DNA from: an uncultured delta proteobacterium
Lineage (GTDB): Bacteria > Desulfobacterota > Desulfobacteria > Desulfobacterales > SG8-13
Reading direction: 5' to 3'
Assembly (NCBI GenBank): GCA_963848135.1
Contig: CAWKCK010000003.1
Coordinates: 496,001-560,000, forward strand
DNA length: 64,000 nucleotides
Part shown: piece by piece, positions 20,001-30,702 of the stretch
Layout of the letters: each line of letters opens with the position of its first letter
How positions within the stretch are numbered: the stretch's first letter is position 1
Notes under the pieces: generated by a model
Database searches by the model: none
Seen by the model: only the letters and a program-made list of their open reading frames with translations
Told to the model about the DNA's origin: nothing
Position numbers and translations under genes: made by a program

Positions 20001-22406
20001 TTACATATCCAGCTTGAAAAATTGTTCCGGTTCCGAGACCGTACCCGGTTTGGGTGCGTAGTCGGTGGGTACCGTTCCCTCCTTGAAGCATTCGAAAATG
20101 GTTTCCGTCGATTCAGGCACCGGAAGAAGTCCGGTTTTAGCGTCTATCTGGGTGAACACAACCCCCTCTGGCACCTCAAACACTTTCGCTGGTTTTTCCG
20201 CCAAAACGCGTGACATGAATCCTACCCAGATCGGGCTAGCGGCTCTCGATCCCGTTTCAACCTTCCCCAGAGAGGCCTCCTCGTCAAATCCGACCCATAC
20301 CCCGGTGGTATAATCCGGTGTGTATCCCATGAACCAGGCGTCAAAAAGATCGTTGGTGGTGCCGGTTTTACCGGCAACAGGCCGATTAAGCGACTTTGCG
20401 CGCCAACCGGTGCCATTCTGCACAACCCCTTCAAGCAGGTTGGTCATAATATATGCCGTGCTGGGTTCGATAACTTTCTCACGAGACGGCGTGAAGCTTT
20501 CCAGTTCGTTACCATTGCGGTCAACGACACGGGTAACGAAGCCGGGCGTCACCAGATACCCTTGATTGTTAAACACCGAATAGGCGTTGACAAGTTCGAG
20601 CAACGAGACACCGGATGAGCCCAAGGCCAGGGACAGGTCGCGGTTCAGGGTTGAGGAAATTCCAAGCGTGTGAGCGTAATCGAGAACGTAGTCAATACCG
20701 ATGTCTTGCATGATCTTGATGGTTATGACGTTCCTCGATTTGGCCAGGGCTTGGCGCATCAGGGTGGGGCCATAGAATTTTTTCCCGTAATTTCTCGGTT
20801 TCCATTTGAAGTCTTGCTCTTCATCCCTGAAAACGATCGGGGAATCGATGATGATCGTCGCCGGTGTGTATCCCTTGTCCAGCGCTGCGGCATAGACGAC
20901 CGGTTTGAAGGCCGACCCGGGTTGCCGCCGGGACTGCACGGCACGATTGAATTGATTTTTCGTGAAATCGCGGCCCCCGACCATGGTTTTGACATAACCG
21001 GTCTGCGCTTCGATGCTCAGCAGGGCCCCTTGCGCTTTAGGCTCCTGCTCCAGGGCAAGTTCCCACTGTCCGGATTCGGCGTGTTTGCTTTTCAAGCGGA
21101 CCCGGATGACGTCCCCACTGTGCAAAGCGTCACTGGGGCGTTTAATCATTTTTTCATGGTATCGCACCTCGGGATCCGGCTTTCTGGCCCAATCCATATC
21201 CGCAATGCCGATGATTCCCTGGCCCTCACTGAATCGTACCGTAACGGTGCCTTCATCATCGCTAACCCGGATGACGACACCGTTCACCACTTCCCCGTCT
21301 TCCGGAACTCTTTCAGCCCACTCCTTCTGAAGTTCTTGCATAAACGGTTCAATGGCTTCGGGATCCAGATGTTGGAGCGGGCCCCGATATCCCTGCCGCT
21401 TATCAAGTTCCCGCAAACCCTTTTCCAGTTCTTCCTGGGCGATTTTTTGCATGTCGATGTTGACCGCCGCATACACCTGCAACCCGTCGTTATAGAGGGC
21501 CTCGGATCCGTATTCCTTCTCGAGGTACTGTCGAATATACTCGGTGTAGAAGGGGACCTCTTTAATGAACCAATTGCGGCGGGGCTGAATGTCCAGGACG
21601 GTGTTAATGGCCTCAGAGGCTTCATTGCTTGAGACATATCCCTCTTCCACCATTCGATTGAGGACATAAATTTGGCGCTGTTTGGCCCGCTCTGGATGTT
21701 TAAACGGCGAGTACCGGCTGGGCGCCTGGGGAAGGCCGGCCAGAATGGCACATTCGGCAAGGTTCATATCATTGGCGGGTTTGCCGAAATAGTTTTCAGC
21801 CGCCGCTTCCACCCCGTAGGCGCCGTGACCTAAATAGATTTGATTGAGATAGAGGAAAAGGATCTCTTCTTTCCTGAGTGCTTTTTCGATCCGATAGGCC
21901 AGAATGGCTTCCTTCATTTTACGGGTGTAACTTCTTTCCGGTGTCAGCAGAAAGGATTTGGTCACTTGTTGAGTGATGGTGCTGCCGCCCTGGACAATGG
22001 TACCGGCCTCCAGGTTTTTGATGAAGGCCCGGACAATGCTTAGAATGTCGATTCCCTGGTGCTTATAGAATCGCGAGTCCTCAGCGGCGATGAAAGCCGT
22101 GAGCAGTGTTTCTGGCATTTCCGACAGCGGGATGACAATTCTTCTCTCGTTGTAAAATTCGGCAATCTTGCGACCGTCATCGGCAAAGACGGTGGTGATA
22201 ATCGGCGGGTGATAGTCTCTCAGGGACGCAATTTTCGGCAGATCTCTGCTGATATAGGTATAGAAACCAAACAGGGCAAGCCCGCCGAGTACCACGCAAA
22301 TCAACGCGGACCACAAAAGAAAACGGATGATAATGCGTCCGACCCCGCGCTGTGCCTTTTGCGCCTCCCGATCCACTATGTCGGACGTTCGTTTCACTTT
22401 GGCCAT
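20001..22406 (-). CDS. mrcA: Penicillin-binding protein 1A
   Basis: Transglycosylase AEDSRFY, QGGSTITQQ, RKMKE; transpeptidase SAFK, SRN, GKTGT. Confidence 0.93.
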   Translation of the reverse strand: MAKVKRTSDIVDREAQKAQRGVGRIIIRFLLWSALICVVLGGLALFGFYTYISRDLPKIASLRDYHPPIITTVFADDGRKIAEFYNERRIVIPLSEMPETLLTAFIAAEDSRFYKHQGIDILSIVRAFIKNLEAGTIVQGGSTITQQVTKSFLLTPERSYTRKMKEAILAYRIEKALRKEEILFLYLNQIYLGHGAYGVEAAAENYFGKPANDMNLAECAILAGLPQAPSRYSPFKHPERAKQRQIYVLNRMVEEGYVSSNEASEAINTVLDIQPRRNWFIKEVPFYTEYIRQYLEKEYGSEALYNDGLQVYAAVNIDMQKIAQEELEKGLRELDKRQGYRGPLQHLDPEAIEPFMQELQKEWAERVPEDGEVVNGVVIRVSDDEGTVTVRFSEGQGIIGIADMDWARKPDPEVRYHEKMIKRPSDALHSGDVIRVRLKSKHAESGQWELALEQEPKAQGALLSIEAQTGYVKTMVGGRDFTKNQFNRAVQSRRQPGSAFKPVVYAAALDKGYTPATIIIDSPIVFRDEEQDFKWKPRNYGKKFYGPTLMRQALAKSRNVITIKIMQDIGIDYVLDYAHTLGISSTLNRDLSLALGSSGVSLLELVNAYSVFNNQGYLVTPGFVTRVVDRNGNELESFTPSREKVIEPSTAYIMTNLLEGVVQNGTGWRAKSLNRPVAGKTGTTNDLFDAWFMGYTPDYTTGVWVGFDEEASLGKVETGSRAASPIWVGFMSRVLAEKPAKVFEVPEGVVFTQIDAKTGLLPVPESTETIFECFKEGTVPTDYAPKPGTVSEPEQFFKLDM

Positions 22407-22919
22407 TTCAATGCGACTCCTTATACCCCGGGTTGATTGAGGCTGATGCCAGGGTGTAGACTAACTCATACATGAAGCTGATTCTGCATAGATCCGCAAG
22501 CACATCTTAACAGATTAGTTTGTCAAATACGGTCGGGCCATCCATCCGCCGGATATTTTCGCAATTCAGCCCGTCGATCATTCAGGCGCCCCCCTGCTTA
22601 ATGTCCTCTGATGAAGCACGTTCCATGTTGCCCCGGTAACATTGCGCTGTCCGCGAACAAAAACAGCTCAGGAGCGACGAGATGGCATTGTCATCGAACC
22701 AATCGTCTATCAGATTTTCTCCAGCGAGGCAAGATGACCTGTGGCAGCGAAATAAAAAACAATTTGACTTTATTACCCTTTGCCGTTAACCAAGATAGTT
22801 TATCAAAATTTAGGCGCAGGGCAAAGCGCAATTTTATCAAGGAGACAGACTTCTGGAAGCGGATTGTATTGTATCCGAAGCCTGCTGTCTGAAAATTTAG
22901 GCCAGAAGGATGGTATTGC

Positions 22920-23303
22920 GTGGTGAAACTTAATTTTGAGAAAACAGGGGGCTTGATCCCGGCCATCACCCAAGATGCACAAACAGGTGAGGTGCTCATG
23001 CAGGCTTATATGAACCGGGAAGCCTGGGAAAAAACCCTTGAAACGGGAAAGGTGACCTATTTCAGCCGCAGCCGCCAGAAACTCTGGATAAAAGGGGCAA
23101 CATCCGGGAACGTGCAATTGGTCAAGGAGATTCGTATCGATTGCGATAATGACGCGATTCTACTCAAGGTTGAGCAGATTGGCGGAGCGGCATGCCATAC
23201 CGGACACAGAAGCTGTTTCCATAAAAAGATTGTTGACGACAGAGGCAATTCCGAAGTCATTGGCACTCCCCTGTTTGACCCTAAGGAGGTCTACGGTAAA
23301 TGA
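22920..23303 (+). CDS. hisI: Phosphoribosyl-AMP cyclohydrolase
   Basis: [39 protein letters not shown]. Confidence 0.95.
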   Translation: MVKLNFEKTGGLIPAITQDAQTGEVLMQAYMNREAWEKTLETGKVTYFSRSRQKLWIKGATSGNVQLVKEIRIDCDNDAILLKVEQIGGAACHTGHRSCFHKKIVDDRGNSEVIGTPLFDPKEVYGK

Positions 23304-24175
23304 AACGCTATTTAAAGCTGGGAATCCCCAAGGGGAGTCTCCAAAGCGCCACAATCAGCCTATTTAAAAGATCCGGTTGGCGTATCAACGTGAACGGTCG
23401 CAGTTACTTTCCAGAAATCAATGATGACTCGATTGAATGTGCCATCTGCCGCGCCCAGGAGATGTCTCGATACGTCGAAAATGGAACCCTCGATGCTGGT
23501 CTGACCGGAAAAGATTGGATTGCAGAGAACAGCTCGGATGTTCGCGTAGTGGAAGATCTGGTTTATTCCAAAGTCAGCGCAAGGCCCGCCCGCTGGGTTC
23601 TTGCAGTGCCATACGACTCAAATATCCGAAGTTTGAAGGATTTGGATGGTTGCAAGATCGCCACCGAACTGGTCAAATTTACCAAACGTTATTTCGCCGA
23701 GCGGCAGATCAACGTCACGGTCGAGTTTTCCTGGGGGGCTACTGAAGCCAAAGTGGTCTCCGGTCTTGCCGATGCCGTTGTAGAGGTAACTGAAACCGGC
23801 AGTACCATAAAAGCTCATGGACTGCGGATTATTCATGAACTCATGCAAACCAATACCCAACTGATTGTGAACCACGAAGCCTGGAAAGATATCGAAAAGC
23901 GGACCAAGGTTGAACAAATCGCCTTATTATTAAAGGGCGCCCTTCTTGGGGAAAGATTGGTGGGGCTGAAAATGAATGTGCCCGAGGAACGGATCGAAAC
24001 AGTGATACCGCTTCTGCCAAGTTTGAATGCACCAACCGTGGCCCATCTGTATCATTCGAACTGGTTTTCGGTGGAAACCGTTGTGGACGAAGGGGTTGTC
24101 CGGGATCTCATTCCTAAACTGCTGAAAGCCGGTGCCGAAGGTATTATCGAGTATCCACTCAACAAAGTCGTATGA
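23300..24175 (+). CDS. hisG: ATP phosphoribosyltransferase (long form)
   Basis: [33 protein letters not shown]-terminal regulatory domain. Confidence 0.95.
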   Translation: MKRYLKLGIPKGSLQSATISLFKRSGWRINVNGRSYFPEINDDSIECAICRAQEMSRYVENGTLDAGLTGKDWIAENSSDVRVVEDLVYSKVSARPARWVLAVPYDSNIRSLKDLDGCKIATELVKFTKRYFAERQINVTVEFSWGATEAKVVSGLADAVVEVTETGSTIKAHGLRIIHELMQTNTQLIVNHEAWKDIEKRTKVEQIALLLKGALLGERLVGLKMNVPEERIETVIPLLPSLNAPTVAHLYHSNWFSVETVVDEGVVRDLIPKLLKAGAEGIIEYPLNKVV

Positions 24176-24414
24176 CGTCAAAAGGGAACTGAGGCGATTT
24201 GGCTGCTGCTTGATAGCCATTAACTCGTAATCATTAATAAATATTTGATGTATACGCGTCTTTTTCTATCGAATCGCCTATTATCTTGGCGGTTTTCATA
24301 TCGCTCTTCAACACTTTGTTCTTGAGAAGCGAGCCCTCTGATTTGTCACCGTTGGAATGAATTGGTTTCAGGAAAATACAAGAAGATATTTCCCGATTCC
24401 TTCGAGGAGGCTAT

Positions 24415-25557
24415 GTGGTTGCTAAACGTACCGAAAACATCACCTCGTTCATTGTCATGGATGTGCTTGAAAAAGCCCACGATCTTGAACGTAACGGAAT
24501 CGACGTCATTCATTTGGAGGTGGGTGAACCGGATTTCGACACACCCCTTTGTGTCAAGGTTGCTGCCTGCCGGGCTCTCGAAGAAGGGCACACACATTAT
24601 ACCCACAGTCTCGGATTACTCGAACTGCGAGAAGCCATTTGTCATTATTATAACAACCGGTATGGCGTCGCCATCGATCCGGATCAGGTAATTGTTACAT
24701 CGGGTACATCACCGGCTATCCTGCTTCTTTTTTCGGCCTTATTGGATAAAGGCGACCAGGTGATCATTTCCGATCCGCATTACGCCTGCTACCCCAATTT
24801 CATCCGTTACCTGGAGGGCGAGACGGTTTGCGTAGCGGTTTACGAGGCCGATGGCTTCCAGTATGATCCGGCGGCCATACGGAATAAAATCACTGCAAAA
24901 ACAAGGGCCATTTTTATCAACTCACCGTCGAACCCCACCGGCAATCTCCTGTCAGGCGACCGCATGCGTGAAATTGCAGACTTGGGGCCTTGGATCGTAT
25001 CGGACGAAATCTATCATGGTTTGGTATACGAAGGACAGGAACACACGATTCTGGAATTTACCGACAAGGCGTTTGTTCTGAATGGATTTTCAAAATTGTT
25101 TGCCATGACCGGCCTCAGGTTAGGATACCTAATCGCGCCCAAAGCGTTCATCCGGCCAATCCAGAAATTTCACCAGAACTTTTTTATTTCCGCCAATTCA
25201 ATGATGCAGCACGCTGGGATTGCCGCTTTGACTGAGGCCGGCGCTGATGTGGCACGAATGAAGACTATTTATAATCAGCGGCGAAAATATATCATCGGAA
25301 GACTCAAATCAATGGGCTTTGGCATCACCGTTGAACCCACCGGGGCCTTTTACGTGTTTGCCAACGCCAAGCACCTGTCAAACGATTCGTATAAACTGGC
25401 GTTCGACATTCTGGACAAAGCCCATGTCGGTGTGACTCCCGGTATCGATTTCGGCAAAAATGGTGAAGGCTACCTGCGGTTTTCATATGCCAGTTCACTG
25501 GAAAAAATAACCGAGGGCATGGACCGGCTGGAAAGATATCTCCACAAAGCCGGCTGA
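24415..25557 (+). CDS. PLP-dependent aminotransferase class I/II
   Basis: GEPDFDTP, NSPSNPTG, SDEIYH, NGFSKLFAMTGLRLG. Confidence 0.93.
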   Translation: MVAKRTENITSFIVMDVLEKAHDLERNGIDVIHLEVGEPDFDTPLCVKVAACRALEEGHTHYTHSLGLLELREAICHYYNNRYGVAIDPDQVIVTSGTSPAILLLFSALLDKGDQVIISDPHYACYPNFIRYLEGETVCVAVYEADGFQYDPAAIRNKITAKTRAIFINSPSNPTGNLLSGDRMREIADLGPWIVSDEIYHGLVYEGQEHTILEFTDKAFVLNGFSKLFAMTGLRLGYLIAPKAFIRPIQKFHQNFFISANSMMQHAGIAALTEAGADVARMKTIYNQRRKYIIGRLKSMGFGITVEPTGAFYVFANAKHLSNDSYKLAFDILDKAHVGVTPGIDFGKNGEGYLRFSYASSLEKITEGMDRLERYLHKAG

Positions 25558-25594
25558 CGTTCAGATAAAAACCTTATTTCAAGCGTCTGCGGTC

Positions 25595-26173
25595 ATGATC
25601 ATCAGATCCGTCGAATTTGTCAAGAGTGCCGTCAAACCTGCCGATTACCCTCCGGCCGATTTGCCAGAAATTGTCTTTTCCGGGCGCTCGAATGTCGGCA
25701 AATCCTCCCTGATAAACACCCTTGTCAAACGCAAACGACTCGCAAGGACCAGTTCCACGCCGGGCCGGACGCAATTGATTAACTTTTTTGAAGTTAACGG
25801 ATCTCTGGCTTTTGTCGACATTCCTGGTTATGGTTATGCGAAGGTTCCCGATAAGGTCAAAGCCCGCTGGGCATCTATGATCGAGACCTACCTTACAACG
25901 CGCGCAACCCTGAAAGGCCTGATTTTGATAATGGACATCCGCCGCAATCCGGGACCGGTAGAATCGGATTTTGTGGAATGGCTCGACTGCCACCAGATTC
26001 CGATCGTTCTGGTTCTGACGAAAGCGGACAAATTATCGCGAGCCAAACAGTTGGATCGGCAACGCCTTGCCGCAAAAATCTTTTCAGGTTTTAGCACCGA
26101 AATCATTCTCTTTTCGGCCAAGACACGACTGGGGTGCGACGGCGTCTGGAAGGCCATTGAAAGACTAATATAA
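25595..26173 (+). CDS. engB: Ribosome biogenesis GTP-binding protein EngB/YihA
   Basis: GRSNVGKSSLIN, STPGRTQLINFF, VDIPGYGYA, TKADK. Confidence 0.95.
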   Translation: MIIRSVEFVKSAVKPADYPPADLPEIVFSGRSNVGKSSLINTLVKRKRLARTSSTPGRTQLINFFEVNGSLAFVDIPGYGYAKVPDKVKARWASMIETYLTTRATLKGLILIMDIRRNPGPVESDFVEWLDCHQIPIVLVLTKADKLSRAKQLDRQRLAAKIFSGFSTEIILFSAKTRLGCDGVWKAIERLI

Positions 26174-26205
26174 ACAAAAGCTGAAAGAACCGACGAAAGT
26201 TGAAT

Positions 26206-27123
26206 ATGCCCATAGATCCGCCGGGTTTTTCGTACCCTAAAGATTTCCGGTCCGGTTTCATCGCCCTCGTCGGGGCGCCAAATGCCGGCAAATCCACTTT
26301 GCTAAACCGCATTCTCGGGGAAAAAATATCCATTACCTCCCGTAGACCCCAGACTACTCGTAACAGAATTCTTGGTGTCAGGCACAGGCCTGCGACGCAA
26401 ATCGTTTTTTTCGACACGCCAGGCGTGCATAAAGCCACCAATTTGCTCAATGAAAGGATTGTCGAAACAGCTTTGGCAACTGCGAGTGATGCGGATGTTA
26501 TTCTGGCGGTCGTCGATGCGTCTCGGCCGGACCCCGACGCAGAAAAGCTGATACTCAACAAAATCAAAACCGAAAAGAAGCCAGTCGTCATGGTTCTCAA
26601 CAAGATTGATCTCGTCCATAAAACCAGTCTTTTGGAACTTATCGATAATTGGTCCCAGATTTATGCTTTTGATGACATTGTCCCGGTTTCGGCGACCAAG
26701 GGCACGCAAGTCGACCGGTTGGTCGCTTTGCTCGAGGAAAGAATGCCGATCGGTCCACCTTTTTTCCCTGAAGATGCCCTAACCGATCAGCCGGAGCGAT
26801 TCCTGGCTGCCGAGATGATCCGGGAGAAAATTTTCCGTCTCACTGGCGAGGAAATTCCCTATTCTACTGCCGTTACCATTGATGAATTCAAGGAAGAGAA
26901 AAAGGGATCGCTCATCAGGATTCATGCCAGTATTCACATGGAGCGTGTCTCTCAAAAGGGGATAATCATTGGAAAAGGCGGAAAAATGTTAAAGGCCATT
27001 GGTGAGAAATCCCGGCTTGACATGGAACGGTTTTTTGGGACCAGAATTTTTTTAAAGCTTTTTGTCAGGGTACAGAAAAACTGGCGGAAGGATACACGGG
27101 CACTAAAAAAATTCGGATATTAA
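26206..27123 (+). CDS. era: GTPase Era
   Basis: GAPNAGKSTL, QTTRNRI, DTPG, NKID and KH domain SQKGIIIGKGG. Confidence 0.96.
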   Translation: MPIDPPGFSYPKDFRSGFIALVGAPNAGKSTLLNRILGEKISITSRRPQTTRNRILGVRHRPATQIVFFDTPGVHKATNLLNERIVETALATASDADVILAVVDASRPDPDAEKLILNKIKTEKKPVVMVLNKIDLVHKTSLLELIDNWSQIYAFDDIVPVSATKGTQVDRLVALLEERMPIGPPFFPEDALTDQPERFLAAEMIREKIFRLTGEEIPYSTAVTIDEFKEEKKGSLIRIHASIHMERVSQKGIIIGKGGKMLKAIGEKSRLDMERFFGTRIFLKLFVRVQKNWRKDTRALKKFGY

Positions 27124-27130
27124 TGCGGCC

Positions 27131-27991
27131 ATGATTTTGTCTTTTCATCCCCTTTATGTGGCAGATAAAAATATCATCTGCGCCGGGCGTCCGCCCAGCG
27201 CAGATGACGCAAAGGCAGCAGCAGAAGCCGAAGCGATCGTTCTGGCCCAGGGCTGTCGATCTGATCTTTACGAACTGGCGCATAAGAACTGCCAGCTGGT
27301 TTTTCCCAATTACGATGCCCGCTTTGAGTATCAGGGAAAAATGGGCCAGATCGCCCTGTTCAAACGGTTTGGTGTGCCGCACCCCGAATCAATGGTCTTC
27401 ACGGATACAGGCGATTTTCGCCGCAGTATCAAACGAATCTCGGTTGACCTGCCTTTCGGATTGCCGTGCGTATTTAAATTCGACTGGGGGGGTGGCGGCG
27501 ACACCGTTTATCCCGTCGACGCCGAAGATCGCCTGATGGCGCTACTCGATTCGGCTGCAACCTTCGAGCGTTCCGGACAGAAAGGTTTTCTGCTTCAGGA
27601 AATGATCGCTGCCGGATCCCGTAGTCTCAGAGTTGTGGTTATCGGGCAGCAATACCGGTCCTATTGGCGGGTGCAACCGATAAGAGGAGGCTTCATGACA
27701 GGCCTGGCCCACGGGGCCCGGATCGATACCGTGGCTGATCCTGGCCTCCAGGCCCAAGCGATTATCGCGGTCAGGGATTTTTGCCAGCAGACGGGTATTA
27801 ATCTGGCGGGATTCGATGTCCTTTTCACGGAGAAATCCGCAACACCCCAGATGTATTTCCTTGAGATCAATTTTTTTTTTGGTCGGCAGGGCCTGGGGGG
27901 GTCGGAGGGATTTTATAAAATCCTTATCGAAGAAATCGATAACTGGCTCAAAGACAACGGCTTGGCCCCGTCAAAGGAGCGCGGTGCTTGA
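27131..27991 (+). CDS. ATP-grasp (RimK-like) protein
   Basis: PCVFK..GGGG, FLLQE, LRVVVIG, AGFDVLF, FLEIN. Confidence 0.7.
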   Translation: MILSFHPLYVADKNIICAGRPPSADDAKAAAEAEAIVLAQGCRSDLYELAHKNCQLVFPNYDARFEYQGKMGQIALFKRFGVPHPESMVFTDTGDFRRSIKRISVDLPFGLPCVFKFDWGGGGDTVYPVDAEDRLMALLDSAATFERSGQKGFLLQEMIAAGSRSLRVVVIGQQYRSYWRVQPIRGGFMTGLAHGARIDTVADPGLQAQAIIAVRDFCQQTGINLAGFDVLFTEKSATPQMYFLEINFFFGRQGLGGSEGFYKILIEEIDNWLKDNGLAPSKERGA

Positions 27992-28065
27992 ATCGGATAT
28001 CGGTCCGTATGGCGGTAAAAGGCGCTTGCAATAATTTTTTTGTTCCCGCAAGGGTGAATGCTTTT

Positions 28066-28860
28066 ATGATGGATAAGATAATTCGAAGTGTCCAGGTCAA
28101 TGTTCCCTTTACCATGCTCTGGGATCGCTATGCGGATGAATTTCTCTCTCGTGGCCTAAACCCCGAGATCGGCATCGATGCCGCAGCATTGGACCGTTTT
28201 TCAGCCGCAGAATTCAGAGAGATGGCCACGCGGCTTCATGAGCGAGGCCTAAGAGTGACACTTCATGGTCCATTTTCAGATCTGTCGCCTGGCTCGATAG
28301 ATCCGCTGATAAGATCTGCAACCCGTAAACGTTTTGAACAATTGCTTGAAGTGGTCACAATATTCAAACCCATATCCGTGGTTTGTCATGCCGGTTATGA
28401 GTGGAAAAGATACGGGTACTTATATGAGGAATGGTTTCGGCAAAGTATCGAAACATGGTGTTGGCTCGCTGGAGAAATCAACCGGCAGGATAGTCGCCTG
28501 ATGCTGGAAAATGTTTATGAAGCCGGACCTGAAGATCTGGTGCCTCTTTTCAGGGAGATGAAAGCCCACAACGTCGGATTCTGTTTGGATACCGGCCACC
28601 AGTCTGCCTTCAGCCGCACCCCCCTTGTTTCCTGGCTCAGCGAACTCGGCCAGAGTTTAGCTCAGGTGCATTTGCACGATAACTGTGGGGATCAGGATCA
28701 ACATCTCGCCCTCGGTTGCGGTAGAATCGATTTTTCGATTCTTTTTCGGCATTTGGAATCACACTTTGCCGGATCGCCTCCCGTTATTACTTTGGAACCG
28801 CATACTGAGGATGCACTGGAGCCAAGCCTGATATACCTATCGGCCATCTGGCCCTGGTAA
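28066..28860 (+). CDS. Xylose isomerase-like/AP endonuclease 2 TIM-barrel protein
   Basis: TLHGPF, LMLENV, CLDTGH, VHLHDN..DQHL..G.G.IDF, TLE. Confidence 0.85.
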   Translation: MMDKIIRSVQVNVPFTMLWDRYADEFLSRGLNPEIGIDAAALDRFSAAEFREMATRLHERGLRVTLHGPFSDLSPGSIDPLIRSATRKRFEQLLEVVTIFKPISVVCHAGYEWKRYGYLYEEWFRQSIETWCWLAGEINRQDSRLMLENVYEAGPEDLVPLFREMKAHNVGFCLDTGHQSAFSRTPLVSWLSELGQSLAQVHLHDNCGDQDQHLALGCGRIDFSILFRHLESHFAGSPPVITLEPHTEDALEPSLIYLSAIWPW

Positions 28861-29667
28861 CGGCTTCATACCGGCATACCTTTGGCAGAGCGTTTGAAAT
28901 TCTTCTTCGCCAAATATTTCAGCAAATCGCCGGCCGCCGCTACTGCGTTGCTTGTAGAAGGCCAGGCAGTCTCGCACAATCTGCATCACCTCTTCTTCAG
29001 TATAAATTCCAGGGAGTTCCTTGGCCAATTGTGGATGCCGGCCAAGCTTCCCGCCCAATTGAACGCGGTACCCCCGAAAGGCATCTCGTATGGTTCCGCT
29101 CGGGCAAACCTTTATACACTGGCCGCAGTTCAGACACCGTTTATAATCGATGAGAGGCTTCGGCTGATGCTCATTTAAGGCAAAGGCCTTGTCTTTACAA
29201 ACGTCGACGCAGTTTTCGCATCGCGTACACTCCTCATCGGCGATTTCAGGCACAGCGGCGCCGATGATCCCTATATCTTTGATCTGGGGTTGTGAACAGG
29301 CATTCGGGCAGTCCGCCAGAGTGACCCTGAATTCGTGGTGAAATTTTAGATCGCCTTTGACCGAGCGTTTCAGGAAATTAAGCAAATCGGCTTGCTGGAG
29401 AATGTTTTCAATCTCATCCAGCAGATGCTCACCCGGGTTGGCGCGGTTCGGGCAGCCCTGGGGTCCAAAACAGGTGTCGATTTGGTAGCCGCGCACCTCC
29501 GCTTGCATGCCGGTGAGATAACGCTTTTGGGTAGCCCTGACTTCGGTGGGGGTTATCGTCGATTTTCCGGCTTCATTTGCCTCCTTCTCCACGCGCGACC
29601 GCACCTTCTTGCGAACGAAAAAGGGCACTTTTTTCAACAAGTCTTCTGCCTCCGGACGCCACTGCAT
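28837..29667 (-). CDS. Sulfite/nitrite reductase-like Fe-S protein with N-terminal PCP_red-like domain and ferredoxin insert
   Basis: WRPEAEDLLKKVPFFVRKKV; CFGPQGC and CPNAC; CTRCENCVDVC and CLNCGQCIKVCP; GGKLGRHP; AAGGAG SD favours ATG 29667. Confidence 0.82.
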   Translation of the reverse strand: MQWRPEAEDLLKKVPFFVRKKVRSRVEKEANEAGKSTITPTEVRATQKRYLTGMQAEVRGYQIDTCFGPQGCPNRANPGEHLLDEIENILQQADLLNFLKRSVKGDLKFHHEFRVTLADCPNACSQPQIKDIGIIGAAVPEIADEECTRCENCVDVCKDKAFALNEHQPKPLIDYKRCLNCGQCIKVCPSGTIRDAFRGYRVQLGGKLGRHPQLAKELPGIYTEEEVMQIVRDCLAFYKQRSSGGRRFAEIFGEEEFQTLCQRYAGMKPLPGPDGR

Positions 29668-29751
29668 GCCAAAATGCTCCTTTGCCGATAAAGGTGAATC
29701 CGCTGTCGATTTTAGGTTGCCCCTGGTCATATTCGCTGATGCATGGTCGAT

Positions 29752-29780
29752 ATGCTAACGACCACTAAGTGGTGTGTCAA
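29752..29780 (-). promoter_or_regulatory. Sigma70 promoter with a palindrome in the spacer
   Basis: Minus strand TTGACA-17 nt-TAGCAT; spacer contains ACCACTnAGTGGT. Confidence 0.65.
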
Positions 29781-29798
29781 GCGCATGATGGTGAGTGA

Positions 29799-30617
29799 TC
29801 ACCGAAGATAAAAGATATCGGTGCAGCTATCCTGGATGGCCACTTCAAGATGGGTGCTGAGATGAGACAGCGCCGGGGTGATGCAATGCAGTGCTCTATC
29901 GGGGGTATTATTGGTCTCACTTAGGTGTGCCAGTATCACATGTTCGAGGTTATGATGGCTGATTTTGCTTAACAGGGACTTTGATTCTGAATTGGAGAGA
30001 TGTCCAGTCCGGCCCTGGATCCGTTGTTTCAGTGGCCAAGGGTAGGGACCATCGATAAGCATTTGTGTATCGTGATTGGCTTCGAGAACCAGTGCGCGGC
30101 AATCCCTCAAGCGCTCTGCAACCATTGCCGTCGCGACGCCCAGGTCGGTGGCAAGGCCGATTTTTATGCCGTTTTGACTGATCGTAAAGCCAGCCGGGTC
30201 GGCAGCATCGTGGGATAGAGAAAAGGGGTGGATTATAAGCCCGTCAATATGAAAATCTATCCCGCATTCGAAAAAAATTTTCTGGTGGACATGTCCGATA
30301 TTGGCCGCAGCCCCGGCTGTTTTACGGTTAATGTATACCGGCAAACCGTAACGGCGCGAGAGAACGCCGACGCCGTGAACGTGGTCGCCGTGTTCATGTG
30401 ACACGACGATGGCCTGAAGCGAATCTGTGCTCAGACCGCGGGAATTGAGGCGACGCTCGATCTCAACGCCGGAGAGACCGGCGTCAAAAAGGATAGCGGC
30501 ACGGCCGTTCGATATGTATGTCGAATTGCCTTTGCTGCCACTGGCAAGGACACACATGACGATTTCTTCAGCACGCGACGAAATTGTTCTGTCGATGAGG
30601 GTGTCCTCTGGATGCAT
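29799..30617 (-). CDS. MBL-fold metallo-hydrolase (YycJ/WalJ-like)
   Basis: LASGSKGN, SHEHGDH, SHDA, LEANHD, GHLSN, AHLSETNN. Confidence 0.9.
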   Translation of the reverse strand: MHPEDTLIDRTISSRAEEIVMCVLASGSKGNSTYISNGRAAILFDAGLSGVEIERRLNSRGLSTDSLQAIVVSHEHGDHVHGVGVLSRRYGLPVYINRKTAGAAANIGHVHQKIFFECGIDFHIDGLIIHPFSLSHDAADPAGFTISQNGIKIGLATDLGVATAMVAERLRDCRALVLEANHDTQMLIDGPYPWPLKQRIQGRTGHLSNSESKSLLSKISHHNLEHVILAHLSETNNTPDRALHCITPALSHLSTHLEVAIQDSCTDIFYLR

Positions 30618-30702
30618 AGAACCGAGTGCCTATAGTGATATATACCAGTGATATGGGTGCCATAACAGGATGAAACGCAGTCGTCCGGTCGGCATCTTTT
30701 CT

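Noticed and set aside
22810..22900. CAGGGCAAA upstream of hisI as a c-di-GMP-I riboswitch
   Set aside because: The GAAA tetraloop stem and downstream GCAAAG element are missing; only a weak hairpin is present.
22407..22919. ORFs or a His leader peptide in the 510-bp mrcA-hisI gap
   Set aside because: Short ORFs lack SD sequences or motifs, and there is no run of His codons.
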